From the NCBI GenBank assembly GCA_002450895.1, contig DKAR01000036.1:236-63869 (forward strand): DNA of 63,634 nucleotides, given 5' to 3'. Below the pieces are notes generated by a model. That model was not told the DNA's origin. It ran no database searches and worked only from the letters and a program-made list of their open reading frames with translations. Position 1 is the first letter of the stretch; every line of letters starts with the position of its first letter. A program made the position numbers and the translations under genes. The DNA comes from Proteobacteria bacterium UBA6921. GTDB lineage: Bacteria > Pseudomonadota > Gammaproteobacteria > SG8-11. This document shows, one piece after another, positions 9,599 through 17,782 of the stretch.

Positions 9599-11284
9599 TT
9601 GTCTGTGCACAACCGGATACTTGTGAACTTAATTCAGAAACATGATCAGGGCGTGATCGGTCAGCGCGCCCGGCATCGCACGGGCGCACTCTTTTCCGCG
9701 ACCGTCATTGTCTGCGCGTCTCTGACATTTTCTATCGCGGGCCAGGCGAATGGTGACGATGCGGTAAACACGCCCGCCGTACCCGCCGGCGAGGCCCGTT
9801 TCGAGGTTTCCGAATTTCGAGTTATTGGCAACACGCTTTTGGATGTCATCGATGTCGAAAGCGTGTTGATGAGGTTTTTGGGCCCTGGAAAGACCGGAGC
9901 GGACGTTGACGCGGCGCGGCAAGTGCTGGAACAACGCTACCGCGAGGCGGGATATCCCACCGTGCTGGTCAATGTGCCCGAGCAGGCGGTCACCGAGGGC
10001 GTGGTGCGCCTTCAGGTCGTCGAAGGAAAAGTAGAACGATTGTCGATTAAAGGCTCGAAGTACTATTCGCTTTCACTCATCAAGAAACAGGTCCCGGGCC
10101 TTGCCGAAGGCGCGATCCTTTATCTTCCCGAAGTACAACGGCAAATGAGTCAGGTCAATGCGGCGTCCGGTGATCGAACCGTGACACCCGTACTCCGCCC
10201 CGGAAAAACGCCAGGAACGGTCGAGGCAGAACTGCGTGTCACAGAAACGTTCCCGCTGCACGGAGATCTCGAACTCAACAACCGCTACAGTGGCGATACG
10301 AGCAAATCACGCCTGAGCGCGGGACTGCGCTATGACAATCTCTGGCAGAGTGCGCACAGCCTCGCTGTGAATTACCAGACCGCGCCGGAGGAGCCCAAGG
10401 AATCCACCGTGTGGTCCGGGACCTACCTGGCGCGTTTTACGACAACCGAGAATGTTCTGGTCGTTTATGGCGTTCAGTCCGACAGTGAAACCGCCGCCGT
10501 GGGCGATCTCAACGTGATTGGTAAGGGCCGCATAATGGGTGTCCGCGGCATTTTACCTCTTGTACCTCCGGAGCATGGGACTCGGACAATAACGCTCGGG
10601 CTCGATTACAAGGATTTTGACGAAACGATTACTGTCCAGGGTTCTGACACGCTCAACACGCCGATTACTTATGTAAGCTGGTTGGCACAATACGGCGGCG
10701 GCGAGCGGACGGAAGACTCGAGCCTGCAGTGGTCGCTGGGAGCTGTCGTTGGAATTCGTGGCATTGAGAACTCGAACCAGGAATTCGCCAACAAGCGCTA
10801 CAACGCGAAAGCGAATTTTCTGATATTGAAATCGGACCTCGACTATCAAACAAAAAATATTCAGTCGTCAACGCTCCGATGGCATGTGGCTGCACAGCTG
10901 TGCGACGCGCCCCTGATCAGCAACGAACAGTTCTTTGCCGGCGGCGCGGACTCGGTGCGCGGATACAAGGAGTCGCAAGCGCCGGGTGATTACGGTGCCG
11001 TGATGAATATTGAATGGTCAACGCCTTCCTATGCCGCCGCAGTGAGCGAGCAGGTTCGCGATCTTCGCGCTCTGTTCTTCATTGACGCGGCGTCACTTCG
11101 GCTTCGCGACGCGCTCCCCGGACAAGATCGGAGTACCGAACTCTATTCCACCGGTATTGGCCTGCGTACCAGCGCGTGGTCAACGCTATCCCTCGATGTC
11201 GATCTCGCCATGGCACTGAAAGAATTTGGTGACACAGACAAGAATGAGTGGCGCGTCCACGGGCGACTTTCCTACTCGTTCTAA
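9599..11284 (+). CDS. Two-partner secretion outer-membrane transporter (TpsB; ShlB/FhaC/HecB family)
   Basis: POTRA region: FEVSEFRVIGNTLL...GKVERLSIKGSKYYS. The Omp85/TpsB loop-6 motif VRGY is present in ADSVRGYKE. The C-terminus is the beta-barrel ending ...RLSYSF. The start is uncertain because the track start is a non-ATG codon. Confidence 0.85.
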   Translation: MSVHNRILVNLIQKHDQGVIGQRARHRTGALFSATVIVCASLTFSIAGQANGDDAVNTPAVPAGEARFEVSEFRVIGNTLLDVIDVESVLMRFLGPGKTGADVDAARQVLEQRYREAGYPTVLVNVPEQAVTEGVVRLQVVEGKVERLSIKGSKYYSLSLIKKQVPGLAEGAILYLPEVQRQMSQVNAASGDRTVTPVLRPGKTPGTVEAELRVTETFPLHGDLELNNRYSGDTSKSRLSAGLRYDNLWQSAHSLAVNYQTAPEEPKESTVWSGTYLARFTTTENVLVVYGVQSDSETAAVGDLNVIGKGRIMGVRGILPLVPPEHGTRTITLGLDYKDFDETITVQGSDTLNTPITYVSWLAQYGGGERTEDSSLQWSLGAVVGIRGIENSNQEFANKRYNAKANFLILKSDLDYQTKNIQSSTLRWHVAAQLCDAPLISNEQFFAGGADSVRGYKESQAPGDYGAVMNIEWSTPSYAAAVSEQVRDLRALFFIDAASLRLRDALPGQDRSTELYSTGIGLRTSAWSTLSLDVDLAMALKEFGDTDKNEWRVHGRLSYSF

Positions 11285-11546
11285 CCTCGGAATTGAAAGT
11301 AAGGCCTGAAATGCTGTGCACGGTGCGGCATTTCTTGCGACGTGCTTACTTTTCAAATCATGGTTTTCAAAACACACGTTCCGATCGGGCGCGGTTCTGT
11401 CGTGTGCGTACGTGAAAACTCGGGCGACGTGACATGTCATCGAATCAAACGTAATACATTTGAATTTCGTTGTTAATTCAACTCGAAATTCATTCGCATC
11501 CCGCCTGTATTTCTTGAAACAAAAGGTTCAAGAGAAATTCAAGCGA

Positions 11547-11564
11547 GAGTCACTCCGTCGTCAC
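11547..11564 (+). promoter_or_regulatory. Candidate Pho box upstream of the VPxP-tail / PstS-fold gene pair
   Basis: GAGTCAC-TCCG-TCGTCAC, with two GTCAC cores 11 bp apart. TGTAAT follows 9-10 nt later. The site is about 180 nt upstream of ATG 11744. Confidence 0.35.
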
Positions 11565-11743
11565 ACACGCCGCGTGTAATAGCGCCCGTTGCTCGGATTG
11601 GGGCGAGAGTGAGTTAGCAATCTCAAAGCCGACGCAATGCCGGATGACTCCGTGCCTCGTCTTTTTCATACATCTCTGCAGAAGGTGTACGGCGGGCGGA
11701 GCAGGGTCGAAGAGGAATCAACGAAACACAAAATGAGGATCCT

Positions 11744-12595
11744 ATGAAAGTTTCGAAACTTGGTTTGAAGCAGAAGATGCTGGTTGCTGCCGTTGCAATG
11801 GCCGCGACGGGTGCAGCGCACGCGATCGATCAAACAAACAATGCCCCTTATGGTAGCGAACTTGTATTCAGCATTTGGGACCCGACCGTCGGTCAGGAAG
11901 CGTCCTTCACGCTTGGCCTGAACGTCGATCTGAATACCTTCTCATCCTCGGTTGCTACCGCTCCCGGCTACTCGGTGAATTTTGGAAACATTTTTTCTGA
12001 CGCCGGTTTCCAGCAGTTTCTGGGGGCCGCAAGTCTGAACGGCGCGAACGACCTCAATTCGCTGCGTTGGAACATTGGCGCCGCCAACACGATTTTGTCA
12101 TTCAACGAAGTCATGGGATTCACCCATGGGCCAGCGGGTCCGCTCAATGATGTAACGAACGCCGAAGTCATTCAGGCGTCTGGTGGCGCCGCCAATTTCT
12201 TCAGCAATTTTGGTTCGGGTAACTCCGGTGGTATCGACGGAACCGGTCCGAAATACGCTGGCAATCCTGTCAACTGGGGCGAAACGATGGTTGGCGGCAT
12301 TTTCCAGGGCACCGCTGGTAGCGTTGGCGACAGTCTCGGATTTTACGTCTTCACGAATAATCAAGAGAGCAGCGGAACGTTCGATGAACAGGCGCTTGCC
12401 GATGGCGGTGCCTATCAAAACCAATACGGTTTCGGCGCGTTCACGCTTAGCGCGAACGGTCAGCTGACGTACTCGATCGCCGATGCTCCGACGAATCCCC
12501 CACCGGTCCCGGTTCCGGCCGCTGTTTGGCTGCTCGGTTCCGCGATGGTTGGTTTGGTCGGCGTCGCACGTCGTCGCGAAAGCGAAAAGGCCTAA
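11744..12595 (+). CDS. Small secreted Gly/Asn/Ser-rich protein with a PEP-CTERM-like (VPLPA-type) C-terminal sorting tail
   Basis: Signal peptide MLVAAVAMAATGAAHA. The C-terminus is PPVPVPAAVWLLGSAMVGLVGVARRRESEKA, that is, a proline motif, a TM helix and an Arg cluster. Confidence 0.65.
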   Translation: MKVSKLGLKQKMLVAAVAMAATGAAHAIDQTNNAPYGSELVFSIWDPTVGQEASFTLGLNVDLNTFSSSVATAPGYSVNFGNIFSDAGFQQFLGAASLNGANDLNSLRWNIGAANTILSFNEVMGFTHGPAGPLNDVTNAEVIQASGGAANFFSNFGSGNSGGIDGTGPKYAGNPVNWGETMVGGIFQGTAGSVGDSLGFYVFTNNQESSGTFDEQALADGGAYQNQYGFGAFTLSANGQLTYSIADAPTNPPPVPVPAAVWLLGSAMVGLVGVARRRESEKA

Positions 12596-12746
12596 CCCTT
12601 TTGGCCGTTGCGGTCGCGGTGAATCGGAATCGTCGACGCCGCGACCGCCTTCACGAAGCAAAGATTTGTTGCCTTTCGCAACGTGAATGTCGGTTGGAAT
12701 TTCGAAGTTGAAGAGTCATCCAACAATCTTGAAACAGGAGTCCATC

Positions 12747-14246
12747 ATGAAATTGAAATCTATCGTCACCGCGACGGCGTCCGCCGTTGCCCTGTTGGCC
12801 GCCGGTCAAGCCGCCGCTGTCAACGTTGAACCATGGCAAATCACCGGCGCAGAAACCTACACGCTGCTCCTGGGCGGCGCGACCGCGCAGGACAAGGGTA
12901 TTGTTCTGCTGATGCGTCGTCTGTGCGCTGCTGGAACGATGACGCAAGTCGCCGGCAACAAGACCAACGTGTTCTTCTGCGATGCGAATGGTGTCGACAG
13001 CCTGCCGATTGCAGCCGGTACGCGTCTGGTGCTGTACAAAAACTCCAGCTCTGGTTCGAGCAGTGGCGTGAATCCGGTGGCCAACTCCACCACGATTCCG
13101 TTCATCAACCTGGCTTCGCTGACGCAAGCGCAGTACACCGACGGCGTGACCTGCCCGATTAGCAACATTGCAGCTACCCCGGACTTCGCGGACGTGAAGG
13201 TGTACAACTGCGGTAACAACGTCGGCGTCGTCAACTCAGTTCCGAACGGCGGTCTGTCGGACGTCGAGCCGCCGCTGCTCGGTTATGTCAAGACCACCGC
13301 ACCGACCAACAACGAACTGCTTTCACAGGCAGGACCGCAAGTAGTTTTCGGCGTTCCGGTTTCGCTGAACTTCTACCGCGCGTTGCAGGCTGCTCAAGGC
13401 AAGGCTTTGGACGATACCGAAGCGAACATGCCAAGTCTGACCAAGGCTCAAATCACGGGAATCTGGACCGGCGGCATTCCGTCTCCGATCTTTTTCTCTG
13501 ACATCACCGGCACCAAGTTGGCCGCCGCTTCGTTTGAACGTTGCCGTCGCAAAAACGGCTCGGGCACATTGGCTTCTACGCGCGCCTATTTCACTGCGGA
13601 AGGTTGCTCGATCTATCCGACCAAGTTGATGTCACCCGGTAATGACGGCGATGCAACTGCGCCGGCGCTTCCCGCTGGCGTTGTTGCTGAATACGGCGGA
13701 ACGACGGGTGTTCTCGGTTGCTTGAATGCATCGAATGCCGGCGGCAAATACGGCATTGGCATGGCGAGCATGGAGACTGTGCCCGGTAGCGCTTACACGT
13801 CTGATGCGGTGTGGGGCACGGATGCAGGCAACTGGCGTTATATCAAAGTCTCTGGTTACGCTCCGACGCTGTTGAACGTCGCGCAGTCCAAGTATGACTT
13901 CGTGATGGAAGCGAGCTGGAACTACCGCGGTGGCGCCAACACCACATCCGGTGGTCCGTTGGCCGGCGATGCCAAGACCTTCTTTGACAAGATGGTTGCT
14001 ACGAACAGCACGCAGCTCGTCATCAAGGAGCTGAACACGCAGTTCATCCATTCGTTCGGTCAGTCTGGCCTGATGGGCAAGCCGGGTACCCCGACAGCAC
14101 CTTCCGCCGCTCCGGCGGGTGTCCTGACGGCGGCCGAAGTCACCGCAAATCCGATCAGCACCTGGACGCGCGCCGTCGCCGGCACGCCGAACTCGTGCAA
14201 CCCGATCTCGGTGACCAAGGAAACCGGCCTCGACATGCTGCAGTAA
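12747..14246 (+). CDS. Secreted protein with a PstS-like periplasmic-binding-protein fold (tentative)
   Basis: ATG 12747 is preceded by CAGGAG, and the signal peptide is MKLKSIVTATASAVALLAAGQAAA. PstS-family-like landmarks appear in order: LLLGGATAQDKG, GGLSDVEPPLL, LTKAQITGIWTGGI and RRKNGSGTLAS. The family call rests on pattern recognition only. Confidence 0.4.
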   Translation: MKLKSIVTATASAVALLAAGQAAAVNVEPWQITGAETYTLLLGGATAQDKGIVLLMRRLCAAGTMTQVAGNKTNVFFCDANGVDSLPIAAGTRLVLYKNSSSGSSSGVNPVANSTTIPFINLASLTQAQYTDGVTCPISNIAATPDFADVKVYNCGNNVGVVNSVPNGGLSDVEPPLLGYVKTTAPTNNELLSQAGPQVVFGVPVSLNFYRALQAAQGKALDDTEANMPSLTKAQITGIWTGGIPSPIFFSDITGTKLAAASFERCRRKNGSGTLASTRAYFTAEGCSIYPTKLMSPGNDGDATAPALPAGVVAEYGGTTGVLGCLNASNAGGKYGIGMASMETVPGSAYTSDAVWGTDAGNWRYIKVSGYAPTLLNVAQSKYDFVMEASWNYRGGANTTSGGPLAGDAKTFFDKMVATNSTQLVIKELNTQFIHSFGQSGLMGKPGTPTAPSAAPAGVLTAAEVTANPISTWTRAVAGTPNSCNPISVTKETGLDMLQ

Positions 14247-14313
14247 TCATGTCGCAATCGCTGTAACTCGCCCGGCGGCGCAGGTTGCCGCCGGGTCCTG
14301 CCAGAAAATAAAT

Positions 14314-14346
14314 GCGGGCCCCGATCTGGGGCCCGCTTCTTTTTTT
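14314..14346 (+). terminator. Rho-independent terminator after the 12747..14246 gene
   Basis: GCGGGCCCC-gatct-GGGGCCCGC followed by TTCTTTTTTT. A second hairpin (CCCGGCGGC...GCCGCCGGG) lies just upstream. Confidence 0.8.
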
Positions 14347-14495
14347 CGCCATGCCGAGGTGGCAGGGTGGACTTCTGCGGGCGGTATTTACTCGTCGAAA
14401 GTCCCTTTCCGACTGTCTCCGCGTGCGCCTAACGCGTATCATTCGGACTGGCCCTTTATTGAGCCGGGTCATCGTTAAATTGCGGGTAATTCTTT

Positions 14496-15185
14496 ATGAG
14501 CCATTCAATGTCACACCGGTTGTTGTCAGAAGCCTTTGGAACGTTTTGGATTGTATTCGCGGGTACCGGAGCCGTGATTGTCAGCAGCGCGACCGGCGCT
14601 TTTCCCCACCTGGGCGTTGCGATTGTGTTTGGTTTGGTTGTGTTTGTGATGATCTCTGCGCTCGGCGATGTGTCCGGCGCGCATTTCAATCCGGCGGTCA
14701 CGATTGGTTTCTATCTCGCAAAACGCTTCCCGGGTCGCGGCGTAGCGCCGTACGTATTGAGTCAGTGCGCAGGGGCACTATTGGCGAGCCTCGTTCTGCA
14801 TCTGTTGTTTCCGTTCAACGAGACGCTCGGCGCAACCAATCCGGCCGGAACTTTTCTTCAGTCGTGGATTTTGGAGTTGATCCTGACGTTGGGACTGATG
14901 TTTGTCATCTTGAGTGTATCGACCGGTGCCAGTGAAAAAGGCATTACCGCCGGATTGGCCATCGGCGGGTTGATTGGTCTCGAAGCGCTTTTTGCGGGTC
15001 CGATCAGCGGCGCGTCGATGAACCCGGCACGGTCGCTGGGGCCTGCGCTGGTTTCGGGGCATCTCGAAAATATTCTTTTGTATCTGTCTGCACCGGTCGT
15101 CGGTGCGGCACTCGCCGTCTTGATGTGTGTATGCACCCGCGATAAAGACTGTTGCTCAAGTCGCGCGATGGAGAATTTTTCATGA
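14496..15185 (+). CDS. MIP-family channel (aquaporin/aquaglyceroporin), probable arsenite channel
   Basis: Two NPA boxes (GAHFNPAVT and GASMNPARS) and six TM segments. The C-terminal tail is Cys-rich (LMCVCTRDKDCCSS). Its stop overlaps the arsC start. Confidence 0.85.
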   Translation: MSHSMSHRLLSEAFGTFWIVFAGTGAVIVSSATGAFPHLGVAIVFGLVVFVMISALGDVSGAHFNPAVTIGFYLAKRFPGRGVAPYVLSQCAGALLASLVLHLLFPFNETLGATNPAGTFLQSWILELILTLGLMFVILSVSTGASEKGITAGLAIGGLIGLEALFAGPISGASMNPARSLGPALVSGHLENILLYLSAPVVGAALAVLMCVCTRDKDCCSSRAMENFS

Positions 15186-15601
15186 GCGATTCGGTCAAGC
15201 GCGTGTTGTTCGTTTGCGTCGAAAACTCCAATCGCAGCCAGATGGCGCAAGCGTTTGCGCGGTTGCTCGGTGGCGCTGCGGTGGAAGCCTACAGCGCCGG
15301 TTCAAAACCGTCGGGGGTGATCAATCCAAAGGCCATCGCCGCCATGAAGGAATTGGGTTACGACCTGACATCCCACCAATCCAAGTCACTGGACGACTTG
15401 CCCAACGTCGAATTCGATTTTGTCGCTACGATGGGATGCGGAGACAATTGCCCTTACGTCAAGGCGCGCACGCGGACGGACTGGGCGTTGCCGGATCCCA
15501 AACACATGGGCCCCGAAGAGTACCGCCTTGTACGGGACGACATTCGCGATCGCGTCGCAACGATGTTGCGCAAACTGGGTGTTCCGGTTGCTGAGTACTA
15601 A
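15182..15601 (+). CDS. arsC: Arsenate reductase, low-molecular-weight phosphatase family
   Basis: CX5R P-loop in VLFVCVENSNRSQMAQA and a downstream Cys pair in MGCGDNCPY. ATG 15182 overlaps the aquaporin TGA (ATGA). The track ORF start at 15152 is probably over-extended. Confidence 0.8.
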   Translation: MSDSVKRVLFVCVENSNRSQMAQAFARLLGGAAVEAYSAGSKPSGVINPKAIAAMKELGYDLTSHQSKSLDDLPNVEFDFVATMGCGDNCPYVKARTRTDWALPDPKHMGPEEYRLVRDDIRDRVATMLRKLGVPVAEY

Positions 15602-15619
15602 AGCCGCGCATTGGGATTG

Positions 15620-15657
15620 AATGGCGGCCGGGAAATTTTACAGCGCGCCATTTCTTT
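15620..15657 (+). terminator. Probable terminator of arsC
   Basis: AATGGCG-(19 nt)-CGCCATT stem followed by TTCTTTG. Confidence 0.45.
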
Positions 15658-15730
15658 GCGAATCCGTGGGGGCAATCTGAAAAAGAGATGTACTCGGCGC
15701 GAGACGGCGGGCGATTTCCGGACGTTCTGA

Positions 15731-15765
15731 ATAAAGACGCCCCCACGCAACGGCGCGGGGGCGTC
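15731..15765 (-). terminator. Rho-independent terminator of the metallophosphoesterase gene
   Basis: GACGCCCCC-(12 nt)-GGGGGCGTC stem. On the minus strand it is followed by TTTATT. Confidence 0.7.
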
Positions 15766-15772
15766 CTGTCGA

Positions 15773-16855
15773 TCAATTTCCGGGCACAATCATCGGTTCA
15801 AAATCGAACACATTGGGATTGGTCGGGTCTACCGTCACTTTGATCCAGTGAATGTTCGGGCTGCCGAACGTTTCCACGCGCGTGAAATTTTTCACGAGGT
15901 GGGCTTGGTCAACGAGCGGCTTGTCAACCTTGAAGAAGTGCGTATCGCCGTGCACCAGCACGACCTGGCCTGAATATGAATTGGTCTCTTCAACGATCGC
16001 GTTGAGAAAATCCGTATAACCGTTGACGGCCGCGTCTGCACGCTCGTTGATATCTTCGGTTTCTGGCAGATCAAACCAGGGATCACCCTGAATCACGACC
16101 ATGACGCCTTTGGCTTTTTTGGCCTTCGCCATTTCAAACGCGTCATGCAGCCAGATCAGGTTGTGCGCGTTGCGATCAGCGTACTCGGCGTTGTCTGCAT
16201 CACAGTCCGCCTGGGTGCGCGCGCTCTTTGAACTGGCGCAGGCGCCGTCGTTCACCTTGTTGTTATTGCTGCCCGGGACGTTCATGCCAACGAAGACAAT
16301 GCCTTTGTACATCCAGCGGGTGTTTTCACTGAACGGCCTGCCCGGTTCACCCTGGCGATTCAGCACCATCTTTTTCTGGCCGAAGCTGGTTGCGGAATTA
16401 AACATGTTCTGGCGCAGGAAGGTGAGACGTTCCAACGCATTGTATCCACCGTTGTTGGTGCGATGGCAGTCGGTCCACTCGTTGTCTCCGGGGACATAGA
16501 CCAGCGGCGCACGCAGCGAATTGAACATATCGGCGGCCTTGGTGCTGATGGTTTCATCGTCACACACGGAGCTGCCATCCTTCGTGTCGCCGTCATAGAT
16601 ACTGAAGGCAATACGAGCGGCATTGATGTCTGCAATCAGTGCAGGAATCTTCGGTTGGTCGCCGCTTTTGGCATAGGGCATGTCGCCCCACAGGCCGAAC
16701 GAGAACCGACCGCGGTCACCGTCGTCCGAATGCTCATCCATCTCGTGAGCCGACGCGTAGGCGCTGCAAAGCAATGTGCCGGAAAAAATCAAAGCTGATG
16801 TCAAACGAACCGCTCTTTGACGGGTAGTCATTTCCTTTCCCCCTGGTTTTTGCAA
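15773..16855 (-). CDS. Secreted calcineurin-like metallophosphoesterase
   Basis: Signal peptide LIFSGTLLCSAYASA. Metallophosphoesterase motifs are GDMPY, YDGDTKDG, VPGDNEW and VLVHGDTH. A near-consensus Pho box lies upstream. Confidence 0.7.
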   Translation of the reverse strand: MQKPGGKEMTTRQRAVRLTSALIFSGTLLCSAYASAHEMDEHSDDGDRGRFSFGLWGDMPYAKSGDQPKIPALIADINAARIAFSIYDGDTKDGSSVCDDETISTKAADMFNSLRAPLVYVPGDNEWTDCHRTNNGGYNALERLTFLRQNMFNSATSFGQKKMVLNRQGEPGRPFSENTRWMYKGIVFVGMNVPGSNNNKVNDGACASSKSARTQADCDADNAEYADRNAHNLIWLHDAFEMAKAKKAKGVMVVIQGDPWFDLPETEDINERADAAVNGYTDFLNAIVEETNSYSGQVVLVHGDTHFFKVDKPLVDQAHLVKNFTRVETFGSPNIHWIKVTVDPTNPNVFDFEPMIVPGN

Positions 16856-16910
16856 TGGAAGGTTGCTGGTTGCGACGGAGGGTTATTTTTCTTCGCCGCT
16901 GAAGAATCTT

Positions 16911-16939
16911 GTTACTGAAACGTGACAGAACGATGACAG
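16911..16939 (-). promoter_or_regulatory. Pho box of the metallophosphoesterase promoter
   Basis: The minus strand reads CTGTCAT-CGTT-CTGTCAC-GTTT-CAGTAAC. The first 18 nt match the E. coli consensus CTGTCAT-N4-CTGTCAY exactly in both heptamers. The array ends about 55 nt upstream of ATG 16855. Confidence 0.8.
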
Positions 16940-17038
16940 CACGATCGCGCGCGAGAGTCAGGGCCAATCCTGTCGATAGTAAATGCCATATCTTTTGTCA
17001 CGAGCATTGCGACTTCAGTGTATGTTTCGCAATCGTTT

Positions 17039-17638
17039 CTATTGCGTGAGTGATGTAAATTCATCCAGGATGCTGCGCGCATGATCAGCGACGTCGGGAT
17101 CAGGATCGTGTGTCGCCGAACTGACAAGGGTGCGCAACGTGCCATCAGGATCCCCCGTGTTCCACGCCATGGTGCGAATGGAATCGAGCGTCAAATACCG
17201 GTTGGTGGATTGCTCATCGCGTAGCGACTCACTGAGCGCCAGACGCGCTTCTGCATTGTTGGCAGAGGCCAGAGTCTGGATGGCGGACGCGCGCCGCGCC
17301 GGGTCCTGGTCCAGCGTCGCCTGCCGAATCGCTTCGCGGGTCATGTCTTCAGGTCCCGGGGCAGCAACGGTTTCTTCGTTCGTGGCTGCACGGCGAATAG
17401 ATCCGGGAACACCTGTTGCTGGTGACGCGGAGCGCGGTACGGAAACAAGCGTATTTGAATGGAGCGGCACTGAATCCGGATTGGAACGTGCGGCCGTAGA
17501 AATCGGCGCCACCGAAATGTCATCGACAATATTTGGAAGTGTAATTCGGCTGACAAATTCGACGAGCGTGTAGGAAGCGAAAACGACTCCCGCGAGGGGA
17601 AGCGCAATCAGCCACTTCCAATGGTCGTTACGTTTCAT
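17039..17638 (-). CDS. Membrane-anchored protein with a HEAT-like repeat C-terminal domain
   Basis: N-terminal TM segment (WLIALPLAGVVFASYTLV), a Pro/Ser-rich linker, and helical repeats (DPARRASAIQTLA and HDPDPDVADHARSIL). It is divergent from the TPR-TpsA operon. Confidence 0.45.
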   Translation of the reverse strand: MKRNDHWKWLIALPLAGVVFASYTLVEFVSRITLPNIVDDISVAPISTAARSNPDSVPLHSNTLVSVPRSASPATGVPGSIRRAATNEETVAAPGPEDMTREAIRQATLDQDPARRASAIQTLASANNAEARLALSESLRDEQSTNRYLTLDSIRTMAWNTGDPDGTLRTLVSSATHDPDPDVADHARSILDEFTSLTQ

Positions 17639-17686
17639 TTTCTCTCAATTACAACTTTCGTTTTGTTTGCACGGTACAGCGACTTC

Positions 17687-17704
17687 GTGACGCGAAAATG
17701 ACGC
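17687..17704 (-). promoter_or_regulatory. Candidate Pho box facing the HEAT-like gene
   Basis: The minus strand reads GCGTCAT-TTTC-GCGTCAC, 49 nt upstream of ATG 17638. Confidence 0.4.
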
Positions 17705-17720
17705 GGCGCGCGCCGATGCC

Positions 17721-17738
17721 GTGTCATGCAAGCGTCAC
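17721..17738 (+). promoter_or_regulatory. Candidate Pho box facing the TPR-TpsA operon
   Basis: The plus strand reads GTGTCAT-GCAA-GCGTCAC. After an 11-nt gap comes TAAGCT (17750-17755). The box ends 45 nt upstream of ATG 17783. Confidence 0.45.
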
Positions 17739-17782
17739 AATTCCCGGTGTAAGCTGCGCGGCATTTCCGGAAGGGGCCCGAC

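Noticed and set aside
14312-14935. 207-aa plus-strand ORF overlapping the aquaporin gene in another frame.
   Set aside because: It begins inside the terminator of the upstream gene and is Arg/Cys/Ser-rich with no motifs. The overlapping frame carries both NPA boxes.
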